Below the pieces are notes generated by a model, which did not search any database, was not told the DNA's origin, and saw only the letters and a program-made list of their open reading frames with translations. From positions 1-29,362 of the forward strand of contig JBHLSH010000051.1 of the NCBI GenBank assembly GCA_048881705.1: DNA of 29,362 nt, written 5' to 3'. The position numbers and the translations under genes were made by a program. Shown in pieces: positions 1 through 8,516 of this stretch; the first letter of the stretch is position 1, and each line of letters starts with the position of its first letter. This DNA comes from Candidatus Heimdallarchaeota archaeon (GTDB lineage: Archaea > Asgardarchaeota > Heimdallarchaeia > Hodarchaeales > Hodarchaeaceae).

Positions 1-265
1 ACTCCGAATGAATCCCCACAACTTCTAATCTCTTATCTACTTCTGATTTACACTTTAGGTTTCCCTTTATAAAGACAACCTTTTGGTTGTATTAATTGAT
101 CTTCAATATTTCAAATTTCATATCTATTGGCAGAATTAGAAAAAATCCTTTCATCAATATGAAAGCCGGGGATATTAAGGTGAAATCAGGATAATTTGGG
201 TAGATATGGATTTGGAGACGAAATAATTCGCAATGAAATTTTCCGTAACCTTCCATATTTCATAT

Positions 266-276
266 AAAAGAAAAAA
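266..276 (-). terminator. possible oligo(dT) terminator downstream of aclA
   Basis: The minus strand reads TTTTTTCTTTT about 18 nt after the aclA stop. Archaeal terminators are typically U-rich tracts. Confidence 0.3.
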
Positions 277-293
277 GGAGAGAAATAGGGATC

Positions 294-2129
294 TTATTCT
301 GCGAAGAGAATTTCGTCCCATGGTTGTCTGTAAAGCGCCGCTCGTTGGCGTTTTTGATCGAATACGTGCCCCATCATGCCAATAGATCTGCCAAGCACAA
401 AGAGTCCGTTTAAAACTTCGCTATCTATGACATCCTGCTTTTCTTCCGGTGTCATATCGAGGTTTTCCATAAGATCAAGGAAAGTTATACCGATACAACC
501 GTCAACATTAAGAATCAGATTGTTGCGTTTTTGAGTTGTAAGTAACTCAACCTCTAAAGCAAAATCAAGATATGGATGTTTTTCAAAGTTTTCGAACACG
601 AATTCTTTAAGTAGCTGTACACGGACGTCTGGATTTTGAAGTGACTTGATACGATGCCCAATTCCTGGAATATTGATTCCAACGACATTTTTCATATAAT
701 CAACAAACTCAATTGGATGCATTCCTTTATCGAGTCCTTCCTTAAAGTACCGCGCCGCTCCTGCAATTGCACCACCGAATCTTGGGCCTATTGCTAGGAT
801 ACCAGTCGCCAGAGATGACATTAGGTCTTTCCCGGCCCGGGCTGTTACGATGGCATTGTGGGCTCCAGAAACTGCGGGTCCATGGTCAGAAGTTAGTTTG
901 ACTGTCATTTCAATAAAATCCTGAGCGAACTGTGGGAGTTCACGTTTTAACCAAAGAAGCCCAATCACATATCCAAGGGACTTTTTCTCACGGATAATTG
1001 TGTCTAATCCTACTCCAGAGAACATGGGGACATCTCCCCGTTCATCACTGATTGTACATACTACATCAGTAGGACGGCGCACGATACCTAATCGAGATGC
1101 TTGGGCAAAGTCCATGGGCAACTTCGGAGGTTCGAACTCTTCAATAGGATCAATTTTACCCTCAGATTGGAGTTTTTTGAAGGTCTCATTGATTTTAGCG
1201 CCTAACTCATCGTACGTTTGAGGTACGATAGCCCCTACCTCTGCCAATACTCTGTTTTTGTAGTCCGCAGTTTCTCGATCTGTGCCAGCCATAGCACCAG
1301 CATGGCCAAATTGAAGCCCGGATGGCAATAGCTTCGCTGCTGTTCCAATACACCACATTACCAATGGTTTTTTGATTCTGCCATCCTTAATGGCCTCCGC
1401 AACCTCTAGTTCTCCTGTTCCTCCAACTTCTCCGAGGCATACCGTCATTTTAATTCTGGAATTGGCTTCATAACGTAACAAATGGTCTAGGAGGGAGGAT
1501 CCTGCATATCTATCTCCTCCTATGGCTATACCCTCATATATTCCATCAGAATTCTGTGAAATCATAAAATTAAGTTCGTTGCTCATTCCACCGCTTTTTG
1601 AAACCAACCCTACGCTTCCAGGACGGTAAAGTTTCGATAAAACAATGTTTTCAATGGTACCAGCTGTATTCCCAATTTTGAAAGCACCAGCCCTCATTCC
1701 TCCCACTGTTGCTGGTCCAATGATCATTTTGCCTTTTTTCCTCGCAAGTTGTTTCAACATTCTGCTTTGGCGTTCAGGAATCCCTTCTGCAATTATAGCC
1801 ACTGTTTTAATGGTATCCGATTCCAGAGCTTCCTTGGAGGTAGGAAACGCAGATCGAAACGAAGAGAAATTCACCAATACATCAACCTGAGGGTGATTCT
1901 TCAGTGCAAGAGATAGACGTCTATAAATCGGGATTACAATTTCTGTACCACCCCAAAAAACTTTGTGGTAACCTATTGCACCAGCTTGACTTGGGCGGAT
2001 TATTGCCGCAACTGAAGGCTTTTTCCTTTTGCATACAAAATCAAAGTCTAGCATCCGTTGAATTGCATTTCTTTGAAAACCGTATACGATTGCTTGGGTA
2101 TCTTCTGTAAACAATTCATAATTATCCAT
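294..2129 (-). CDS. aclA: ATP citrate lyase subunit alpha (CoA-binding/ligase + citryl-CoA lyase domains)
   Basis: 611 aa. It has QRMLDFDFVC, GPATVGG, SKSGGMSNEL, GIAIGGDRY and the phospho-His motif FGHAGA. The C-terminal citrate-synthase-like domain has DHGPAVSGAHN, GIGHRIK and NVDG. A GAGGAGG RBS lies at 2137-2143. Confidence 0.96.
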   Translation of the reverse strand: MDNYELFTEDTQAIVYGFQRNAIQRMLDFDFVCKRKKPSVAAIIRPSQAGAIGYHKVFWGGTEIVIPIYRRLSLALKNHPQVDVLVNFSSFRSAFPTSKEALESDTIKTVAIIAEGIPERQSRMLKQLARKKGKMIIGPATVGGMRAGAFKIGNTAGTIENIVLSKLYRPGSVGLVSKSGGMSNELNFMISQNSDGIYEGIAIGGDRYAGSSLLDHLLRYEANSRIKMTVCLGEVGGTGELEVAEAIKDGRIKKPLVMWCIGTAAKLLPSGLQFGHAGAMAGTDRETADYKNRVLAEVGAIVPQTYDELGAKINETFKKLQSEGKIDPIEEFEPPKLPMDFAQASRLGIVRRPTDVVCTISDERGDVPMFSGVGLDTIIREKKSLGYVIGLLWLKRELPQFAQDFIEMTVKLTSDHGPAVSGAHNAIVTARAGKDLMSSLATGILAIGPRFGGAIAGAARYFKEGLDKGMHPIEFVDYMKNVVGINIPGIGHRIKSLQNPDVRVQLLKEFVFENFEKHPYLDFALEVELLTTQKRNNLILNVDGCIGITFLDLMENLDMTPEEKQDVIDSEVLNGLFVLGRSIGMMGHVFDQKRQRAALYRQPWDEILFAE

Positions 2130-2136
2130 CTTATAT

Positions 2137-2143
2137 CCTCCTC
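2137..2143 (-). promoter_or_regulatory. Shine-Dalgarno site of aclA (GAGGAGG)
   Basis: The minus strand reads ...GAATAGAGGAGGATATAAGATG. The RBS overlaps the aclB stop and lies 7 nt before the aclA ATG, consistent with translational coupling. Confidence 0.7.
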
Positions 2144-3426
2144 TATTCTCTTGCCTTTATACCAAGCGGGACAACCCGCGTCATATGGGTAAAACGATCA
2201 TAGATTTCAATGGGAACTCCGATTTCTTTTCCGACCGCTTCCATTAGCTTAAGACCCTCTTTTTCATTTGGTCCCCCCCGTCTTACAAAAATCTTCACGT
2301 TTGCTTTCTTGAGCTTATCCGCAGACTTTCGTAAGGCACTAACAATCCCCGTGAAAGTGGCCTTGACATCCGTAAAGTTGGCAATGCCGCCCCCAACGAT
2401 CAGAATCTTCGGCTTTCCTTGAGGATCAGGCTTTTCAGTAATGAGATCGATCAATGTCTGGGCATAGAGCTCGGTATGCTCTCGATTTGGATTACCCGAA
2501 TATTCCCCATAATTTCCAAGATCTTTAGCATAGCCCAGATCGGCTATAGTATCCGTATATATAACACTGGCACCGCCTCCAGCAACCATTGTCCAAATGG
2601 GGGCGTCTCGATTTAGAATGGTAAGTTTAAGAGAAGCTCCCGTTTGTTCATCCAATGATCGGATGAATTCCTCCTCTTCTGACAACACTTGTCCAAATCC
2701 ACGTGGGAATTCTACTGGATTGTCGGGATTTCCCCAGGTATCCATGTGTAAAAAGGCCGCAGTATCGTCCAAACGGGCTTTGAGATCCAAGGGAACGATT
2801 TCTTTATCTTCAGTAACTGCGAAGGGATTTATTTCCAGGAAAGAAAAATCCTGGTCTATATAGACTTGAAGAAGGCCTTTTATAAACGGAATGAGTACAT
2901 CGCTTAGATCTCCAAGATCTGGCAGCTTTTCGGTCAGATTAAACGCGTTGATATCCGTCTCAATAGGAATAGGGACATGGGTGACCTTATCCCAATTCTC
3001 TTCTACGAATATTCCTCCCTCAAAGGAGAAGTGGATTATATCATTGTCTTGATCTGAAGTGAAAGCAACGTAGAATTCTTTTTCATGAGGAACAAAGGGT
3101 TCAACCAGAATACGATTAAGAACTCCAGCTGTTCCGCTGACCTGTATTTCCTTTCCCAGCTTCTCGTTTAGAAATGTTTTTAGTTCATTAAACTCCGCAT
3201 TAAGCAACAATAATCCGGCTTTACCTCTTTTTCCAAAGAGTTGGTCGGGCTTTGCCGCCAATCTCTCCTTTTTCAACCAAGGGTGTTTACCTGCAAGTTG
3301 GTCAAGATCAGTCTCTGGTGTAACCACAACGACCTTTCCATGGTATTGAAAGTCGGGGTAATACTTTGGAAGTTCCTTTGCAAGCAATTGTTTTGCTGCA
3401 AGTTCATAAATAGATTTCTGGGCCAT
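2143..3426 (-). CDS. aclB: ATP citrate lyase subunit beta (ATP-grasp + citrate-binding domains)
   Basis: 427 aa with KPDQLFGKRGKAGLL, EINPF, IWTMVAGGGASVIY, NYGEYSGNP, ANFTDVKATFTGI and RRGGPN. It lies directly upstream of aclA, with an AGGAG RBS at 3435-3439. Confidence 0.96.
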   Translation of the reverse strand: MAQKSIYELAAKQLLAKELPKYYPDFQYHGKVVVVTPETDLDQLAGKHPWLKKERLAAKPDQLFGKRGKAGLLLLNAEFNELKTFLNEKLGKEIQVSGTAGVLNRILVEPFVPHEKEFYVAFTSDQDNDIIHFSFEGGIFVEENWDKVTHVPIPIETDINAFNLTEKLPDLGDLSDVLIPFIKGLLQVYIDQDFSFLEINPFAVTEDKEIVPLDLKARLDDTAAFLHMDTWGNPDNPVEFPRGFGQVLSEEEEFIRSLDEQTGASLKLTILNRDAPIWTMVAGGGASVIYTDTIADLGYAKDLGNYGEYSGNPNREHTELYAQTLIDLITEKPDPQGKPKILIVGGGIANFTDVKATFTGIVSALRKSADKLKKANVKIFVRRGGPNEKEGLKLMEAVGKEIGVPIEIYDRFTHMTRVVPLGIKARE

Positions 3427-3613
3427 TTTTTCAGCTCCTAATTAGTTTCGATTCGATTCATATCCAATTGTAAAATTGGGGTCAATAATCCTCTGCTGAT
3501 AGATTGTCACGGTTTTATCTTGACAGGGAACTGTCATCCAACTAGTCACCTGTAATGACTAAAAAAATAATTATCGAACTTCTATCTTAATGCAGTTCAT
3601 GATCAATTAAAGG

Positions 3614-3667
3614 GAATAAGGGCCATTTGGCCAAAGCTAAATACCTATATTGATCGAATAAGGGCCA
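3614..3667. repeat. 12-bp direct repeat GAATAAGGGCCA (3614-3625 and 3656-3667)
   Basis: Two exact copies 42 bp apart, each followed shortly by AGCTA. Confidence 0.8.
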
Positions 3668-3715
3668 AGCTACCAGCTTTAAATTCCTTCTGTTGTCTTG
3701 ATTCTTTATCCGCCG

Positions 3716-3737
3716 TAACCTCATTGTAATGAGGTTA
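3716..3737. repeat. 22-bp inverted repeat TAACCTCATT-GT-AATGAGGTTA
   Basis: Perfect 10-bp arms with a 2-nt spacer, in the intergenic region between divergent aclB and the TFS paralog. Confidence 0.85.
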
Positions 3738-4048
3738 GGGCTATAATCATGCCTTCCTCCATATTTTCTAGAGAAATGGAGAAAACAAGGAAAAAGATAA
3801 TTGAAAGCTAGGTGATGTTGAAATGGAGAGTACAAACATATCAAGTGATTTTTCAAGGCGAGAATCCCGTTATAAAAATATTGACTCTTCTTTATCCAGT
3901 TGATCATGAGATATCTAAAAGTAGGTCAGAGCTGTAGTATTTCGTTTCGCCAAATTTAAAACATTACTTAAGAACCCGGTTCGTCAACTCTTCATTGCCC
4001 AGTGCTAAGAATAATCCTTCGAGATAAAAAAATCGAGTAAGTATCAAA

Positions 4049-4390
4049 ATGGTAAGCTTTTGCAAGAACTGTGGTTCTTTACTTCTTCCACAAAGGAAAG
4101 ATGATGGCAAGGTAATCCTCTATTGCAAGGTATGCGACACAAAATTTGAAGATCAATTCACTGAAAATTCCTACCAAGTGAAATCTAAGATTCGGCACAC
4201 GGAAGAGGATTTATTGACTGTTATTGAGGATCAGGCAGACTTTGATATTAGACCTACCACTCGTATTGCCTGTCCCCGCTGTTCACATCATGAAGCCCGA
4301 TATTGGGAAGCTGAAAATCGCAAAAAAGAGGAATGGGAAACGACCACTTATTACAAATGTACAGCTTGCAACTGGGTTTGGTCTGAATAG
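4049..4390 (+). CDS. transcription factor S / RNA polymerase subunit M family protein (non-canonical paralog)
   Basis: 113 aa with two zinc ribbons (FCKNCGSLL...CKVC; CPRC...YYKCTAC..W). The canonical QTRSADEP tip is replaced by ENRKKEEW. Confidence 0.9.
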   Translation: MVSFCKNCGSLLLPQRKDDGKVILYCKVCDTKFEDQFTENSYQVKSKIRHTEEDLLTVIEDQADFDIRPTTRIACPRCSHHEARYWEAENRKKEEWETTTYYKCTACNWVWSE

Positions 4391-4532
4391 ATAAGGTTTC
4401 TTACCGAGAATGGATTTGAAAGCTTTTATCCTTGCATTCGGATGATAGATCATTTTAAGTGACGAGTAATAATGGGGAGGTTTTGGAATGATCAAAAATT
4501 ACCTAGATAAGCTAGTTTTGGTGATACGTGCA

Positions 4533-5345
4533 TCAGGGAAAATCTTTCTTTCTCATCGTGAATGCAGCCAATAATAGAAAACCGATTATCAATCCTAAGC
4601 ATATTAATAAAGAGGTTGAGGGATCAAGGTCCGGTATCTGAAAATCAATGTAATCTGCAAGAAAGAATTCGGCTGCAACATAGTTCAAATGGTTAGCTAT
4701 AGAGTATGGTGAATTTCCACCTGCGGCAATCCCAAAGATAAACTGTCCGAAGAATGCCTCGAAGTATGCCACGGCGAGTCCCCAGCCTAGCGCATTCTTA
4801 TCGAAAATGATTCCCAAGAAAAGGAAGATTGTGCCATAGACGCTCACCCACAATCCTAGATAGAGCCACACACCAAAGAGAACATTAAAATTGTTAAAGA
4901 GCAAGGAAAAGTCTTGAACAATGAAAGATACTCCCAAGAGTATTATTGTGGCATCTAGATTCACAATAATAACACCTAACACAATTACTGTTATCCATTT
5001 GACCACTACAATTTCTTCTCTGCGAACGGGTCTTGAAAGGAGTTGACTAATGGTTTTGCTCTCCTTTTCATCTGCTATTGCTGAAATCCCCAAAATAAGA
5101 GAGATCAGGGGGAGAACAGCGAAACTAAAGATATTGGTGTTCTGGGACATACTTACTATATCGATATAGGTACCAATGGTCGCTGATGTTAATGTTATTG
5201 CTGGAAGGAGCGGCAATATGCTTATGAATATTAATAGGTATGTCTTTTTGTCATAAAGAACCTTTGCGAAGAATATCTCTCCCAAAAACCGTCCCCTTTC
5301 AATTATCGAAGGAGTGTAAACTTGATTTGAAAGATTAGTACCCAT
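4533..5345 (-). CDS. ABC-2 type transporter permease
   Basis: 270 aa with about 6 TM segments and the motif IADEKESKTISQLLSRPVRREEIVVVKW. Last gene of the ABC quartet. Confidence 0.88.
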   Translation of the reverse strand: MGTNLSNQVYTPSIIERGRFLGEIFFAKVLYDKKTYLLIFISILPLLPAITLTSATIGTYIDIVSMSQNTNIFSFAVLPLISLILGISAIADEKESKTISQLLSRPVRREEIVVVKWITVIVLGVIIVNLDATIILLGVSFIVQDFSLLFNNFNVLFGVWLYLGLWVSVYGTIFLFLGIIFDKNALGWGLAVAYFEAFFGQFIFGIAAGGNSPYSIANHLNYVAAEFFLADYIDFQIPDLDPSTSLLICLGLIIGFLLLAAFTMRKKDFP

Positions 5346-5364
5346 ATATTACACCATCTCTGTA

Positions 5365-6285
5365 TTAAGTTAGATAATCAAATATCGCTTCAATATTATC
5401 CGTAGTACTTTCCAGATGTTGAATTAACAGATCGTTTTCGACAATTAGCTTTGTCACGGCTGGATAAAATTTCCTTGGTGCTTCTGTAACCACTACAAGA
5501 TCTTCTCTACCTTTATCAACGTTGAAAGTCATAGAATGCACAATACTCTCCTCGATCAAAAGTTTTGAAAGCATTTTAAGCTCATTAGAAGGAGCTCGAA
5601 AAAGAATCTGATGTGGAAACTGATCTATTAAATTAAGGATCTCATCAGGCGGTCCTTCTGCCAACGATTGCCCGCGATGAATTAAAACCAGCCGAGTACT
5701 CATTTGATCTAACTCGTAGAGAATATGACTAGAGATTAAAATAGTCACTCCCTGCTGATTTAGATCCGAGACAAGTTGTTTCATTTGCCTACGGCCCAAG
5801 GGATCAAGGCCTCCAAAAGGTTCATCCAAAACAAGTAACTCAGGGTTATGTACAATGGCCGCAGCAACCTTTAATCTTTGTTTCATTCCTTTTGAATAAT
5901 GTCCAATCTTCTTCCCTTTTTCAGCCAGACCTACCTTTTGCAGGGCCTCCTTTGCTGCAGCCTCCGCTTGTTGTCGGGGAAGGAGTAGTTTCGCCAGTGA
6001 TGTCACAAATTGTTTACCGCGCATCCAAGGATACGTATCTTCGTGTTCTGAGACATAACCGATTCGTCTTTTGAGGTTAGCATTATTTAGGGGATCTTCG
6101 TTGAAAACACGCACTTTTCCAGCATCTGGTGATATTTCCCCCATTATTAATTTCAGCGTTGTTGATTTACCTGCGCCATTCGGCCCTAGAAAGCCTGAAA
6201 CCGATCCTCTTTTCACTCGCATGCTCAACCGTGATACTGCAACTACATCTCCAAAGGCCTTTGAGACTTCGTTAATTTCAATCAT
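5365..6285 (-). CDS. ABC transporter ATP-binding protein
   Basis: Walker A GPNGAGKS, signature YSKGMKQ, Walker B LLVLDEP, H-loop SSH. Start moved to the ATG at 6285 (MIEINEVSK) because it overlaps the upstream stop (ATGA) and follows a GGAGG RBS. Confidence 0.93.
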   Translation of the reverse strand: MIEINEVSKAFGDVVAVSRLSMRVKRGSVSGFLGPNGAGKSTTLKLIMGEISPDAGKVRVFNEDPLNNANLKRRIGYVSEHEDTYPWMRGKQFVTSLAKLLLPRQQAEAAAKEALQKVGLAEKGKKIGHYSKGMKQRLKVAAAIVHNPELLVLDEPFGGLDPLGRRQMKQLVSDLNQQGVTILISSHILYELDQMSTRLVLIHRGQSLAEGPPDEILNLIDQFPHQILFRAPSNELKMLSKLLIEESIVHSMTFNVDKGREDLVVVTEAPRKFYPAVTKLIVENDLLIQHLESTTDNIEAIFDYLT

Positions 6286-7304
6286 CTTGAATGCCTCCGA
6301 TAAACCTGAATAATGACAATTAGCAACCCAGCGAATATGTAGAGTCCAAGGGCTCCTAGAACCATCCAACTATCGATTCCAATGCCATCTGCTAGATTGA
6401 GAGTGTAAGAACCTTGGAAACTCGCATATTCTACTGTTGTTGCCCCTTTAAGAATATAGGATGTCAAAAGGAGAACTGTGAGAATATCTAGTAATAATTG
6501 GAGTCCTTCTTCTCCGCTTTCACCGAAAGCTAATGGTGGAATTATCATGCTGATTATAAAGAGGAGCATAAAAGCTGCCAAACCAGAATAAAGCCTGCGC
6601 TTCGTTAAGGATGAAAACGCGAGAATCATTGCTGCGTAGGTTATGGTAATGAGTTCTGTGAAAATGATGACATGTAACAGTAAGGGGAGCGCTTCAATAA
6701 AATCTATACCACCTATTCCTATATACAATAGGAAGAATTCAATAATATAAGGTAAGACTAAAGCAATATTGCCAAATATGACGAAAGCTCCGAATTTTCC
6801 AATAACATACTCGTATTTTTCCAGTTTTGAGTAATATATTTCATTCGTTTTGTTGGAAATATCATCCGCGATTAAACCCGCCCCTATTAGTACAAGCAAG
6901 ATTAGGATGAAAATACTTGTTCCACCCACGGTAAATGATGCACTTGCAAAAGGCCCATTCCCATTCCCATTATCCGTTGAAAAAGTGGTCTGAAAGGTAA
7001 CAATACCTCTCACTAATGATAAAAGCGTGTTTTCCATCAATTCCATCGGCGTGAGAAAAGCGATCCCCGTAAGCGGATTCGTCGATAAAACTAGATCTTT
7101 GGTAGCCAAGATGAACATATTTGTTAGGATTAATGTAAACATCAAAAACCCGAAAAGAATCTTTACAGCTCTTGATCTGTCCCATTGATGTTTCCACCAG
7201 TACCAAGAAATTGACCAGATACGATACAAGCGCCCTCTGCGAGTGCCTTCATAGGGGCGAAATGAAAACCTTCGAACGTAGACATCGCTTGATTTTTGTG
7301 TCAA
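6282..7304 (-). CDS. ABC-2 type transporter permease
   Basis: 340 aa, polytopic, with GAGLIADDISNKTNEIYYSK...EYVIGKF. The TTG start overlaps the upstream stop (TTGA) and follows an AGGAG RBS. Confidence 0.85.
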   Translation of the reverse strand: MTQKSSDVYVRRFSFRPYEGTRRGRLYRIWSISWYWWKHQWDRSRAVKILFGFLMFTLILTNMFILATKDLVLSTNPLTGIAFLTPMELMENTLLSLVRGIVTFQTTFSTDNGNGNGPFASASFTVGGTSIFILILLVLIGAGLIADDISNKTNEIYYSKLEKYEYVIGKFGAFVIFGNIALVLPYIIEFFLLYIGIGGIDFIEALPLLLHVIIFTELITITYAAMILAFSSLTKRRLYSGLAAFMLLFIISMIIPPLAFGESGEEGLQLLLDILTVLLLTSYILKGATTVEYASFQGSYTLNLADGIGIDSWMVLGALGLYIFAGLLIVIIQVYRRHSR

Positions 7305-8233
7305 ATGATCAGCTCCTGTTTCGTTTCAAATAGGTCGACAAAAACATCTTCCAGGGTACTTGATCTGCTTCCGATATAACGAATTTCGGCCCCGACCTCA
7401 TAAGCGACCTTAAACAGCGTTCTTTCGATTTCAGGTGTGATTTCCACCTCAATATAGGCTCTCTCCGTAGATACCTGAAGTCCCTTTTTCATTAGGGCAC
7501 TTAGGAACTCCTCCTCTTTTGATTTTACTTTTACACTTATTGTCGTACGCTTTCTTTCTGTTAATTCGTTTATTTTTCCCTGTGCTAGAATTTTTCCTTG
7601 CGATATAACAATTGCATAATCAGTGGTTTGTTCTACATCACGTAGGAGATGTGAACTCAGAATGATATGTTTCCCTTGATCTGTCTGCAAATCCCGAATG
7701 AGTTTTAGCATTTGGACTCTCCCCCCAGGATCCAAGCCGTTGGTCGGTTCATCACAAATAATAATCTCAGGATCATGAACTAATGCAACCGCGAGCTTAA
7801 CTTTCTGTCTCATCCCCAAACTAAAGGTATCTAGCGTTCTATAACGTTCTTCTCCTAACCCGACATAATAGAGGCTATCACTGGCTCTTTGCTTACTTTC
7901 AGAGTTTGATAACCCGTTCATTCGAGCACAGAATGCGACAAATTTCATAGCAGTCGTATCTGGAACAAACGACGTGTTATATTCGGGGATGTATCCGATA
8001 TTATCTCTCACTTGATTGATTTCTTTCCGGATATCGTAACCTAAAACAGTAGCCATTCCCTTTGTGGGGCGAATGATTCCCAAAAGAGTTCGGATTAATG
8101 TGGTTTTACCTGCCCCATTTGGGCCTAACAGGCCTACTCCTCCAGATGGAACATTGATGGTCACATCATCAATTCCACAAACAGTACCATAAAACTTTGA
8201 CAGGTTCTGTGTCACAATGATTTCTGAGAGCAA
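7301..8233 (-). CDS. ABC transporter ATP-binding protein
   Basis: Walker A GPNGAGKT, signature FSLGMRQ, Walker B IIICDEP, H-loop SSH. TTG start preceded by GAGGT. Confidence 0.93.
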   Translation of the reverse strand: MLSEIIVTQNLSKFYGTVCGIDDVTINVPSGGVGLLGPNGAGKTTLIRTLLGIIRPTKGMATVLGYDIRKEINQVRDNIGYIPEYNTSFVPDTTAMKFVAFCARMNGLSNSESKQRASDSLYYVGLGEERYRTLDTFSLGMRQKVKLAVALVHDPEIIICDEPTNGLDPGGRVQMLKLIRDLQTDQGKHIILSSHLLRDVEQTTDYAIVISQGKILAQGKINELTERKRTTISVKVKSKEEEFLSALMKKGLQVSTERAYIEVEITPEIERTLFKVAYEVGAEIRYIGSRSSTLEDVFVDLFETKQELII

Positions 8234-8516
8234 ATCTGTCCTACCTCATGACAATATGCCAACAAAGGCAAGAGATCACAATCGTGGTTTAAAGCTAAAG
8301 ATCTAGGCATTTGGGATCTATATTACGGTCGTTTTCTACCAAAAAAAGACCAGAAAAACGAATCACCGAGGGAACGGTGGAATACAATACCTAAAGTCGT
8401 TGTACCTTAAATCCAGAAGGCTTGAGATCGTTTTTGACGGAATTCATACTTTTACAGTCTGGTGGATTAAATCTACTCGAAGGACATGTTTCCTATATGC
8501 CCGTGAACTCGACTCA

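Noticed and set aside
1-72. Plus-strand open frame ending TPNESPQLLISYLLLIYTLGFPL-stop, possibly the C-terminal anchor of a gene entering from the left
   Set aside because: Only 23 codons are visible, which cannot be told apart from chance.
1000-3441. Short ORFs antisense to aclA/aclB, and similar antisense or nested ORFs throughout the track (e.g. 8422-8706, 13105-13737, 17427-17813, 25478-26101, 26803-27141)
   Set aside because: They are shadows of well-supported genes on the opposite strand or frame, with no independent motifs.
3587-3907. 106-aa minus-strand ORF in the aclB-TFS gap
   Set aside because: Atypical composition, no RBS or recognisable motif, and it overlaps the repeat and palindrome elements, so it is probably spurious.
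3971-3982. AGAACCCGGTTC resembles the 3' conserved segment of RNase P RNA
   Set aside because: The 5' GAGGAAAGUCC element and a GC-rich helical body are absent.
6286-6369. N-terminal extensions in the ORF track (also 20397-20450, 27693-27746, 15835-15966)
   Set aside because: Downstream ATGs fit family N-termini and RBS or stop-start overlaps better.
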